Assembly: GCA_965112735.1 (NCBI GenBank)
Contig: OZ218950.1
Location: 5,456,001-5,520,000 of the forward strand
DNA length: 64,000 nt
Reading direction: 5' to 3'
From: Phaeosaccion multiseriatum
Taxonomy: Eukaryota; Protista; Ochrophyta, other classes
Shown one piece after another: positions 10,474-21,972 of the stretch (its first letter is position 1; every line of letters starts with the position of its first letter). Under the pieces are notes generated by a model. That model did not search any database. It had not been told where the DNA came from and worked only from the letters and a program-made list of their open reading frames with translations. The position numbers were made by a program, and so were the translations under genes.

Positions 10474-13003
10474 TGGCCTCAACATGCGCCTCGTGTTGCC
10501 AGAACAGGGCCAGATTGGGCGTGTGGGGCCTGCCGAGGCCCCACTTGCCGCATGCTTGGCCATCACACGCCTCACTGTGCACAACCCGTGCTCGGCGACG
10601 GTCTGCCGTGCCCAGCTTACCCCTCATTCGGGCTGCTGGTGGCCTCAAATGCGCCTCGTGTTGCCAGAACAGGGCCAGATTGGGCGTGTGAGGCCTGACG
10701 AGGCCCCACTTGCCGCATGCTTGGCCATCACACGCGTCACTGTGCACAACCCGTGCTCGGCGACGGTCTGCCGTGCCCAGCTTACTCCTCATTCGGGCTG
10801 CTGGTGGCCTCAACATGCGCCTCGTGTTGCCAGAACAGGGCCAGATTGGGCGTGTGAGGCCTGCGGAGGCGATATCTGCCGCATGCTTGGCCATCACACG
10901 CGTCATTGTACACAACCCGTGCTCGGCGACAGTCTGCCGTGCCCAGCTTACCCCTCATTCGGGCTGCTGGTGGCCTCAAATGCGCCTCGTGTTGCCAGAA
11001 CAGGGCCAGATTGGGCGTGTGAGGCCTGCGGAGGCCCCACTTGCCGCATGCTTGGCCATCACACGCGTCACTGTGCACAACCTGTTCTCGGCGACGGTCT
11101 GCCGTGCCCAGTTTACCCCTCATTCGGGCTGCTGGTGGCCTCAAATGCGCCTCGTGTTGCCAGAACAGGGCCAGATTGGGCGTGTGAGGCCTGCGGAGGC
11201 GATATCTGCCGCATGCTTGGCCATCACACGCGTCACTGTTCACAACCCGTGCTCGGCGACGGTCTGCCGTGCCCAGCTTACCCCTCATTCGGGCTGCTGG
11301 TGGCCTCAAATGCGCCTCGTGTTGCCAGAACAGGGCCAGATTGGGCGTGTGGGGCCTGCCGAGGCCCCATTTGCCGCATGCTTGGCCATCACACGCGTCA
11401 TTGTACACAACCCGTGCTCGGTGACAGTCTGCCGTGCCCAGCTTACCCCTCATTCGGGCTGCTGGTGGCCTCAACATGCGCCTCGTGTTGCCAGAACAGG
11501 GCCAGATTGGGCGTGTGAGGCCTGCGGAGGCGATATCTGCCGCATGCTTGGCCATCACACGCGTCACTGTGCACAACCCGTGCTCGGCGACGGTCTGCCG
11601 TGCCCAGCTTACTCCTCATTCGGGCTGCTGGTGGCCTCAACATGCGCCTCGTGTTGCCAGAACAGGGCCAGATTGGGCGTGTGAGGCCTGCGGAGGCGAT
11701 ATCTGCCGCATGCTTGGCCATCACACGCGTCACTGTGCACAACCCGTGCTCGGCGACGGTCTGCCGTGCCCAGCTTACCCCTCATTCGGGCTGCTGGTGG
11801 CCTCAACATGCGCCTCGTGTTGCCAGAACAGGGCCAGATTGGGCGTGTGAGGCCTGCGGAGGCGATATCTGCCGCATGCTTGGCCATCACACGCGTCACT
11901 GTGCACAACCCGTGCTCGGCGACGGTCTGCCGTGCCCAGCTTACTCCTCATTCGGGCTGCTGGTGGCCTCAAAAGCGCCTCGTGATGCCAGAACAGGGCC
12001 AGATTGGGCGTGTGGGGCCTGCCGAGGCCCTACTTGCCGCATGCTTGGCCATCACACGCCTCACTGTGCACAACCCGTGCTCGGCGACGGTCTGCCGTGC
12101 CCAGCTTACCCCTCACTCGGGCTGCTGGTGGCCTCAAATGCGCCTCGTGTTGCCAGAACAGGGCCAGATTGGGCGTGTGAGGCCTGCGGAGGCGATATCT
12201 GCCGCATGCTTGGCCATCACACGCGTCACTGTGCACAACCCGTGCTCGGCGACGGTCTGCCGTGCCCAGCTTACTCCTCATTCGGGCTGCTGGTGGCCTC
12301 AAATGCGCCTCGTGTTGCCAGAACAGGGCCAGATTGGGCGTGTGAGGCCTGACGAGGCCCCACTTGCCGCATGCTTGGCCATCACACGCGTCACTGTGCA
12401 CAACCCGTGCTCGGCGACGGTCTGCCGTGCCCAGCTTACTCCTCATTCGGGCTGCTGGTGGCCTCAACATGCGCCTCGTGTTGCCAGAACAGGGCCAGAT
12501 TGGGCGTGTGAGGCCTGACGAGGCCCCACTTGCCGCATGCTTGGCCATCACACGCGTCATTGTGCACAACCCGTGCTTGGCGACGGTCTGCCGTGCCCAG
12601 CTTACCCCTCATTCGGGCTGCTGGTGGCCTCAAATGCGCCTCGTGTTGCCAGAACAGGGCCAGATTGGGCGTGTGAAGCCTGCGGAGGCGATCTCTGCCG
12701 CATGCTTGGCCATCACACGCGTCACTGTGCACAACCCGTGCTCGGCGACGGTCTGCCGTGCCCAGCTTACTCCTCATTCGGGCTGCTGGTGGCCTCAAAT
12801 GCGCCTCGTGTTGCCAGAACAGGGCCAGATTGGGCGTGTGAGGCCTGCGGAGGCGATATCTGCCGCATGCTTGGCCATCACACGCGTCACTGTGCACAAC
12901 CCGTGCTCGGCGACGGTCTGCCGTGCCCAGCTTACTCCTCATTCGGGCTGCTGGTGGCCTCAAATGCGCCTCGTGTTGCCAGAACAGAGCCAGATTGGGC
13001 GTG
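10474..13003 (+). repeat. 165/166-bp satellite, block 2 (~15 monomers)
   Basis: Same monomer and orientation as block 1. Confidence 0.97.
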
Positions 13004-13796
13004 CGCTGCTTCAGCAGCGGAGCCACGGAAGTTCTGTTCTCGCAGAGTGGAGTCGACGGAGAAACAGGGTATTGAGAGCCGAGGGGTAGGGTGTGGAGCG
13101 TGGGCGCGTGTGTGGACCCCGAGGAGGGTTTAGGATAGAAATATATATGGCAGCAGATGGAAAAGCAGTGTTCTCTGCTGCTCGAGCTCAGAAGAGGAGG
13201 AGCCCTGCTGCACTCGCCACCCTACCGTGATTGAAGGAGATCGAGAGCAGGTACGCGGGGGTGTGGGCAAGCAGGGAGGAGAGTAGGGACGGTGGTGTAG
13301 GAAAGCAAGGATCGCAGTAGGGCCCGACTGCTTCTCTTGTGAGGGTGAAGATGCTGTGTGCTTACTTGTGTCATGCTACCAGTTGCAAACACAAGATGTG
13401 CCCCCAATGCTAACAGTTGCAAGGGCTTGCGCTACGCACACGCATCTAGTAGAAGTTAGAGACCCTTAGCCTGGTGTAGTATGGAGCTCTCACCGGGCAA
13501 AAGGTTTTTTCTTTCTCCACCCACCCACCCATCTAGATTAGTTTAGTACAGAAGTTAGATACTCAGTAGTTAAGGGGGGGATGAGCGGTTCCTCTGAACC
13601 GCTGCCCCCAAAGGCCCGTGCTCGCCCCCGTCAGGGGAGCGACACCCCAGGGACACTGTGTGCCTCGAGGTGAGTCCTTCTTAGGACTGCACTCTTAATG
13701 AAAAGTTTATCCCCCAGCATTGGCGACGACTGAATGTGGAGGAGCGAGGCCTCTCAATGGGTACCCAGTTTTGATGGAGCGCAACGACTGCGAGAA
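13004..13796 (+). mobile_element. Solo A-B repeat of the YR retrotransposon (793 bp, non-coding)
   Basis: A (13004-13575) plus full B (13576-13796). The flanks GATTGGGCGTG | TGAGGCCTG reconstitute an intact monomer, with no TSD. Confidence 0.92.
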
Positions 13797-16592
13797 TGAG
13801 GCCTGACGAGGCCCCACTTGCCGCATGCTTGGCCATCACACGCGTCACTGTGCACAACCCGTGCTCGGCGACGGTCTGCCGTGCCCAGCTTACCCCTCAT
13901 TCGGGCTGCTGGTGGCCTCAACATGCGCCTCGTGTTGCCAGAACAGGGCCAGATTGGGCGTGTGAGGCCTGCGGAGGCGATATCTGCCGCATGCTTGGCC
14001 ATCACACGCGTCACTGTGCACAACCCGTGCTCGGCGACAGTCTGCCGTGCCCAGCTTACCCCTCATTCGGGCTGCTGGTGGCCTCAAATGCGCCTCGTGT
14101 TGCCAGAACAGGGCCAGATTGGGCGTGTGAAGCCTGCGGAGGCGATCTCTGCCGCATGCTTGGCCATCACACGCGTCACTGTGCACAACCCGTGCTCGGC
14201 GACGGTCTGCCGTGCCCAGCTTACTCCTCATTCGGGCTGCTGGTGGCCTCAACATGCGCCTCGTGTTGCCAGAACAGGGCCAGATTGGGCATGTAAGGCC
14301 TGCGGAGGCGATATCTGCCGCACGCTTGGCCATCACACGCGTCACTGTGCACAACCCGTGCTCGGCGACGGTCTGCCGTGCCTAGCTTACCCCTCATTCG
14401 GGCTGCTGGTGGCCTCAAAAAAAAAATGCGCCTCGTGTTGCCAGAACAGGGCCAGATTGGGCGTGTGAGGCCTGCGGAGGCCCCACTTGCCGCATGCTTG
14501 GCCATCACACGCGTCAATGTTCACAACCCGTGCTCGGCGACGGTCTGCCGTGCCCAGCTTACTCCTCATTCGGGCTGCTGGTGGCCTCAACATGCGCCTC
14601 GTGTTGCCAGAACAGGGCCAGATTGGGCGTGTGAGGCCTGACGAGGCCCCACTTGCCGCATGCTTGGCCATCACACGCGTCATTGTGCACAACCCGTGCT
14701 CGGCGACGGTCTGCCGTGCCCAGCTTACCCCTCATTCGGGCTGCTGGTGGCCTCAAATGCGCCTCGTGTTGCCAGAACAGGGCCAGATTGGGCGTGTGAA
14801 GCCTGCGGAGGCGATCTCTGCCGCATGCTTGGCCATCACACGCGTCACTGTGCACAACCCGTGCTCGGCGACGGTCTGCCGTGCCCAGCTTACTCCTCAT
14901 TCGGGCTGCTGGTGGCCTCAAATGCGCCTCGTGTTGCCAGAACAGGGCCAGATTGGGCGTGTGAGGCCTGCGGAGGCGATATCTGCCGCATGCTTGGCCA
15001 TCACACGCGTCACTGTGCACAACCCGTGCTCGGCGACGGTCTGCCGTGCCCAGCTTACCCCTCATTCGGGCTGCTGGTGGCCTCAAATGCGCCTCGTGTT
15101 GCCAGAACAGGGCCAAATTGGGCGTGTGAGGCCTGCGGAGGCGATATCTGCCGCTTGCTTGGCCATCACACGCGTCACTGTGCACAACCCGTGCTCGGCG
15201 ACGGTCTGCCGTGCCCAGCTTACCCCTCATTCGGGCTGCTGGGTGGCCTCAAATGCGCCTCGTGTTGCCAGAACAGGGCCAGATTGGGCGTGTGAGGCCT
15301 GCGGAGGCGATATCTGCCGCATGCTTGGCCATCACACGCGTCACTGTGCACAACCCGTGCTCGGCGACGGTCTGCCGTGCCCAGCTTACTCCTCATTCGG
15401 GCTGCTGGTGGCCTCAACATGCGCCTCGTGTTGCCAGAACAGGGCCAGATTGGGCATGTGAGGCCTGCGGAGGCGATATCTGCCGCACGCTTGGCCATCA
15501 CACGCGTCACTGTTCACAACCCGTGCTCGGCGACGGTCTGCCGTGCCCAGCTTACCCCTCATTCGGGCTGCTGGTGGCCTCAAATGCGCCTCGTGTTGCC
15601 AGAACAGGGCCAGATTGGGCATGTGAGGCCTGCGGAGGCGATATCTGCCGCACGCTTGGCCATCACACGCGTCACTGTTCACAACCCGTGCTCGGCGACG
15701 GTCTGCCGTGCCCAGCTTACCCCTCATTCGGGCTGCTGGTGGCCTCAAATGCGCCTCGTGTTGCCAGAACAGGGCCAGATTGGGCATGTGAGGCCTGCGG
15801 AGGCGATATCTGCCGCATGCTTGGCCATCACACGCGTCATTGTACACAACCCGTGCTCGGCGACAGTCTGCCGTGCCCAGCTTACCCCTCATTCGGGCTG
15901 CTTGTGGCCTCAAATGCGCCTCGTGTTGCCAGAACAGGGCCAGATTGGGCGTGTGAGGCCTGACGAGGCCCCACTTGCCGCATGCTTGGCCATCACACGC
16001 GTCACTGTGCACAACCCGTGCTCGGCGACGGTCTGCCGTGCCCAGCTTACTCCTCATTCGGGCTGCTGGTGGCCTCAACATGCGCCTCGTGTTGCCAGAA
16101 CAGGGCCAGATTGGGCATGTGAGGCCTGCGGAGGCGATATCTGCCGCACGCTTGGCCATCACACGCGTCACTGTGCACAACCCGTGCTCGGCGACGGTCT
16201 GCCGTGCCTAGCTTACCCCTCATTCGGGCTGCTGGTGGCCTCAAATGCGCCTCGTGTTGCCAGAACAGGGCCAGATTGGGCGTGTGAGGCCTGCGGAGGC
16301 GATATCTGCCGCATGCTTGGCCATCACACGCGTCACTGTTCACAACCCGTGCTCGGCGACGGTCTGCCGTGCCCAGCTTACCCCGCATTCGATCGGGCTG
16401 CTGGTGGCCTCAAATGCGCCTCGTGTTGCCAGAACAGGGCCAGATTGGGCGTGTGAGGCCTGCGGAGGCCGTATCTGCCGCGTGCTTGGCAATCACCTGC
16501 GTCAGCCCGGGCCACGGCCTGCATCTTATTTTGCTCGCCGTGGGCCCGCCGTGCCCCGCCAATCCCTCATTCGGGCTGCTCGTGGCCTCAAA
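13797..16592 (+). repeat. 165/166-bp satellite, block 3 (~17 monomers, last one degenerate)
   Basis: Same monomer. It has private variants (GGGCATGT, GCACGCTT) and an A10 run at 14417-14426. Confidence 0.95.
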
Positions 16593-16597
16593 AGCCG

Positions 16598-17225
16598 ACC
16601 GAGGGGGTGAGATGGAGCGTGGGCGCGTGTGTGGGCCCCCTCGATGCATTATGTTACTTGGTCTTACTGGAACACTTGCTCTGCGGCGCGAGCTCATGCA
16701 AGAAACTGAAAGTGTGAATGTGATTGTGTGTGTGTGTGTGTGTGTGGCGGGTGTGTGTGTGTGTGTGAAGCCACAGAATTAAAAGTGTATTCCCCAACAT
16801 TGGCGACGACTGGATGAGGAGGAGCGAGGCCTCTCAATGGGTACCCAGTTTTGATTGAGCGCAACGACCGCGAGAATGCGCACTACCCTACCGCTTCACT
16901 GAAGGAGATTGAGGGCATGCAGATACGGGGGGGTATACGAGCACAGGGATCGAGGAGAGTAGAGACTGATGGTGCATGTAGGGAAGCAAGGTTGACTGTT
17001 TATTTCGCTGCTTCAGCCCGAATGAGGGGTTGGCGGGGCAAAATACTTACTTGTGTCATGCTAACGGTTGCAAACACAAGAGGTGCCCCCAATGCTAACT
17101 GTCGCAAGGGCTTGCGCCACGCACATGCATCTAAGTAGAGGTTTGAGACCCTTGGCCTGGCGTAGGTTGCGCTCTCGTCAGGTGGCCTGGCGTAGATCGT
17201 GCTCTCATCAGGCCCAAGGTTTTTT
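16598..17225 (+). mobile_element. Decayed fragments of repeats B and A of the YR element
   Basis: A fragment (GGAGCGTGGGCGCGTGTGTGG, ~16614), 3' half of B (16781-16876, ending GCGAGAA), then the distal half of A (CTTACTTGTGTCATGCTA...GCAAACACAAGA...CAAGGTTTTT). Confidence 0.75.
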
Positions 17226-17229
17226 CAGT

Positions 17230-17358
17230 ATTGGGCCTTTGAGGCCTGCCGAGGCACACCATTTGGCTCGTGTATGTCCATCACTTCCGTCGGTCAGGCC
17301 CGTTGTGCGCAACCCGTGCTCGGCGCGGGCCTGCCTGCTGCACCGCAAACGCCTCATA
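17230..17358 (+). repeat. Isolated, highly diverged satellite monomer
   Basis: ATTGGGC..TGAGGCCTGCCGAGGC..CCATCAC..CAACCCGTGCTCGGCG..CCTCAT match the monomer in order. Confidence 0.65.
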
Positions 17359-17359
17359 C

Positions 17360-18200
17360 CCTTGCTTTCCTCCCAGACCAGTATATCTACTCTCCTCGTC
17401 CCAGCAGTGTAGAATGCACCGCGCCTCCTCTCGCAACCTCCATCGGCCCAGCGCTTGCGATACACAGGCGGGCTGCTCCTCCGCGCAACTCTCCGTGCAT
17501 GGCTGCGCTGCTGAAGCAGCGAGACCCCGAGGGAGTGAAGGTGGTGTGTGGTGGGTGTGTGGGCGAGGGCGGGATGTGGGGGTGTGAGTGGGTGTGTGTG
17601 TTTGTGAAGCGAGCGCCACGACAGCGATCGAGAAGTGTGTGTGTACATACGTCGATCAGTGAGAATAATGTGGTATGTGGCTCCCCTGCTGAATACGCGC
17701 TGTTGACCAGTATAGGCTCTACTTTCTTGCAGTCCTTGTGCTCCATCCAACCTGGGAACCCATCGAGAGGCCTCGCCCGCTCTTACATTCAGTCGTCGCC
17801 AATGCTGGGGAAACCTTCAGAATGCTTACATGCAAGAGCGCAGCTCCCGCTGTAAGGGGCTCGCTCACCAAGGAAAATACACAGAGTCTCCAGGGTGTCG
17901 CCCCCCTTGCGGGGAACGAGCACGCGGGTCTTTGCATGGGCGGGCGCAAGCGGTCCAGCGGTGCTTGAGGGGCGGACTGGACGCGGTCCGTTCCACACAA
18001 GAGCCGCTTCACCCCCCACTCACCCAAAGCCCCCACGGCGCAGCTGTGTTCATGATTAGCCTGCGCATGCGCCCTGCTTTGTATAGAGAACCGCTTCGCC
18101 CCCCCGCCCCAATACTTCTCCTATCGACTGTGACCGCCTCTGTGCCCCGCCCAACTCGTCCAGCCAATGTCTCCCTCCCGTAGAGTGCGACGAGCACGAG
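17360..18200 (-). mobile_element. Decayed inverted copy of the YR element 3' part (YR C-terminus, B1, A)
   Basis: The minus strand gives remnants of the HSLR/WGRW-coding DNA and 'AGRM..TAAP.GLWV', then B (to 17723, ending CTGCAAGAA), a ~200-bp GT-rich insert, then CGCTGCTTCAGCAGCG at 17521-17506 and degraded A. Confidence 0.72.
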
Positions 18201-19467
18201 AAAACTTCGTACTCGGTGCGAACACGCACCGATACCTAAGCTGGCGCTCCTCTCCAGATCTTTCTGCCTGAGGCGCGGCTTCTCTGCGCCGAGAGCAAGG
18301 CGATCCCCGCCCAAAAAAACACAGACCCGTGTGTCACCAACAAGTCCACGGAGTCCGAAAAAGTCCATCGCCCCTCCACGCTTGCTGGAGTCCCCACCGA
18401 ATTTCTCAAACCCAAAGCCTTGGAAATAAATAAATAACTACGCTCTCGCGACATAATGGCAATTTACCCCCGCCGGGGTCCGACATCCCTGCTGCTCTTG
18501 AGATACAGCCCCATAGCACGCGTAATTCGGTGTGGGGAAAATATGGACAGGTCCAGAACAACTAACTTCCGGACGAATACCTCGCGGCCGTCTGCACCAA
18601 TCGATGGCAGGCAGACCGAGAAGAGACAAGGGGAGTAACCCCTTTGTACCCCATCAAGTGGAGAAAAGGCTCGCCAAGCCCTCATCTGTCCCCCGCACCG
18701 GCACCCGGCCCGTCGGATGTCCCCACAATCTCTTCAGGTCGCCCAGTGCTCACCAACAGGTGAAACGAGGGAGAGCACGAAGTTCCGTCCTCACCAACCC
18801 GCCACCCCCCGAGAGAGGAGGTGATTGAGTAGGGACTATGTCACCCCCCCACACACACACCGTAAGATTGCATTCACACAAACCTACGTTCAGTCGCACA
18901 CACGCACCGTACTTACAAAAAAGTCACAACATGTTGAGCTGCTGTGTGGAGACGCACTTCTCCCTCTGCAGCCAGTCCAGCCTTCGTCCAGCCTTCCCGA
19001 CTCCACCTGGTACTGTGGCCACATCATTCCGCTTGCGCGTTCTCCCTCTGCTCTCGCCTCGGACCCCATGCACCGCACTACCGTCCCTCCCCCGCTGCTG
19101 CTGCTGCTACAGCTGCTGCCGCTGCCGCTACTGCTCCGCTCCTCCCCAGCCAGGTGGCGGCCTGTCCACCCCACAAGCGAGGCGAACGGCCATCAGGGCT
19201 AGCCCTGCTATCGGACGCGCTCACCGGCTACCCCCCTTCCTCACGCGTATCGTGCTGGGGGTAAAAAACCAGACTACTCCAGAGGTAGAGAAGGGAAGAG
19301 ACGAAGAGACTAGGGTAGCGGGACCCCACGACACGAACGTGGACGAAAGGGCGACGAGCGGGCTAGAGCTCTGTGACCAGCGAGAGGCATGAAAGGAAAA
19401 GCCTCGGCGTCCTTGCCTGACAGGCGCACCATTGCATGCAAGTCAGGTGCTAGTGGAGGGTAATTTG

Positions 19468-19784
19468 CCCCCTTCCACTTCAACACTTACACTCTCGGCG
19501 TCTACAATGAGTTTGAGTGATACGGAATTGACTGGTCGCAAGCGAAAGGAATGGGCCCCCACCCGCGGGAGGCCGCCGCAAAGGAAGGCAGATCTCCCGC
19601 AAAGACAGGCAGCGCAGGGGAAGCGGGAGGTGGCCCTGCCTTTCTTTCTTCCCGCTTCCCCTGCGCTGCCTTTCTTTGCGGGAGCTCTGCCTTCCTTTGC
19701 GGCGGCCTCCCGCGGGTGGGGGCCCATTCCTTTCGCTTGCGACCAGTCAATTCCCACTCACTCATGTGTTGAAGTGGAAGGGGG
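19468..19784. mobile_element. Foldback MITE (317 bp) with 19-bp TIRs and TTG target-site duplication
   Basis: TIR CCCCCTTCCACTTCAACAC at 19468-19486 and 19766-19784. Inner 105-bp inverted arms (19524-19628 / 19650-19754) have 2 mismatches. TTG lies on both flanks. Confidence 0.8.
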
Positions 19785-19886
19785 TTGAGAGTTGAGAGGG
19801 GAAATAGTATACCACATCCAATAGCATCACAGATGGCGAGTAGATGCTGTTTGAAAAATCAAACCCGGTTTGCCATAAATAAAATT

Positions 19887-21880
19887 ATGGGGATTCAAGG
19901 CCTTACGAAGCTACTCTCGGACGAGTGCCCGGAGTGTATCAGGGAGATCGACCTCGAGGCGCTCACGGGACGGAAGGTGGCCATCGACGCGTCCATGGCC
20001 ATGTACCAATTCTTGGTAAGCCAAACGAGGTTTTATCATCGTCTTCTTTTTCCCTTTGTACCTCAAACTCGCTCGCCGGCTCTTGGGCGGACTTCAGATT
20101 GCGGTACGCAGCGCTGGAGATCGAGGTGGGGCTTCACAGCAGCTCACCAATGAGGCTGGGGACATCACCTCGCACATCCAAGGCATGTTCAATCGTACCA
20201 TTCGCATGCTTACGAAGGGCGTTAAGCCGGTCTACGTTTTCGACGGGAAGCCGCCTACAATGAAGGGCGGAGAGGTAAGAGGGGCGGGGCTCTAGCGGCT
20301 TTGAGAGGACCAGTTGAGTCATGCTCTTTCTGTTTCTTTACGCCCGTGTGCAGCTGGCAAAGAGGTCCGCCAAGCGAGCCAAGGCGGAGGAGGACCTAAA
20401 GAGCGCAGAGGAGGCAGGGGACGCCGAAGATGTTGACAAGTTCCAAAAGAGGCTCGTAAAAGTGTCAAAGAAACATAATGAGGACTGCAAGAAGCTCCTC
20501 GGACTCATGGGAGTGCCGGTCGTGGATGTAAGAGTATAGCACCCGGGGGCTAGATTCCTCAATTCCTCTCTGAGCTCTAACTTATGTTCCCTCGCACTCT
20601 TACGCTCCTCAATAGGCGCTATCGGAGGCGGAGGCGCAGTGTGCCGTCCTCGCCAATGCTGGAATGGTCTACGGCACTGGCACAGAGGATATGGATGCCC
20701 TGACGTTCAAGACACCCAAATTGGTGCGTCTCTCCCGTGTGCCGTATGATCTCTCGAAATGCGTTGTATATGCACAAACACGCCTTACATTTGGCTTTGC
20801 TTCTCGTGTCTTTCACCCCCGGCGTAGCTCCGCAAAATGACCTTCGCAGCAAATGCCAAGCAACCTGTGCTTGAAGTTGACTATACGAAAGTGCTGTCTG
20901 GCTTGGACATGACGCACGAGCAGTTTGTCGACCTGTGCATTCTCTGCGGGTGCGATTACACGGACAGTATCAAAGGTGAGGGGGGGATGGGGGGTCTGAA
21001 AGGCGTTGTCTTTGTGTCCAAAGTCTGTCTGATACCCTGTGTCATGTACGTGTCGTCGCCTCTTCAGGTATTGGTCCCAAGAAGGCCCTGAATCTCATTC
21101 GGCAGCACAAATCTATTGAGGAGATTCTGAAGCATCTGGACCGCTCCAAGTACTCCATTCCCTCGACCTGGCTGGTGGATGAGGCGACGAAGGCGGATAA
21201 GCCAGACGAGAATGGGGATGAAGAGAAATCAGAGGAAGTGGCAAGTGGCAAGGACGATGAAAAGGAGACCAGCAGTCCGGCTGAATCGGGAGACGTTCAG
21301 GAGACCGGAGACGGGAAAGTGGCTGACGCAAACATGCCCGACGAAGCTCTTCCCATGTACAAAGAGGCTCGAAGAATCTTCATGGATCCCGAAGTAAGCT
21401 CTCTTTCGCCGTTGCAGGCTTGTGGTCGAAAAGGACGGAGGCCCACCCGGCTCTAAACCACCTCATGACCCCCAATGCCTCTGCCCCTTTTCATACATCT
21501 AGGCGTACCCAGCAGACTCTTTCGATTTGAAGTGGAAAGACCCCGACGAAGAGGGTCTAAAAGCATTTTTGGTCGAGGAGATGCAGTTCAGTGGTGAGAG
21601 AGTAGACGCTGGAATAGCCAAGCTGAAAGCCGCACGGAAGCTGACAAGCCAGAGACGAATGGACAGGTATGTAAAGAGGACCCCTCACCAAGAGGGGAGG
21701 GGGGGGGTATCGCTTTTCTAATCTGTATTCCCCTGTGCTCGATACTCCAGCTTCTTCAAAGTCCTGCCATCAAGCGGGAGCTCATCTAAAGGAATAAAAA
21801 GAAAGGCTGACGAGAAAAAGGGTGCGGCTAAAGCTGGAGCGAAGAAGGGAAAGACGAAGAGCGGAAAGCCTCGACGCTAG
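19887..21880 (+). CDS. FEN1: Flap endonuclease 1 (multi-exon)
   Basis: [73 protein letters not shown] box QRRMDSFF and a basic tail. Introns are GT-AG. Confidence 0.96.
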
Positions 21881-21972
21881 ACCGCACTGGCCACTTGCCT
21901 CCTCGACGTAGGGCACAATATGCAGGTTTGCATCACCTGCCCATTGCAAAGAACTAAAAGAATAGAACTCTT

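Noticed and set aside
7066-10505. Apparent 32-bp TSD (TGGCCTCAAC...CCAGAAC) around the element
   Set aside because: Inevitable in a tandem array. B2 is truncated here, so the right junction is a deletion or assembly seam, and the clean copy at 13004 has no TSD.
2548-16592. CRISPR-like or repeat-spacer array next to an RT and recombinase
   Set aside because: Monomers are contiguous with no unique spacers, there are no cas genes, and the RT/YR belong to a DIRS-group retrotransposon.
2429-16782. Dozens of long overlapping ORFs (up to 599 aa) in the satellite
   Set aside because: By-product of a 165-bp stop-poor monomer. Frames switch at each 166-bp unit and variants show no synonymous bias, so they are not called as genes.
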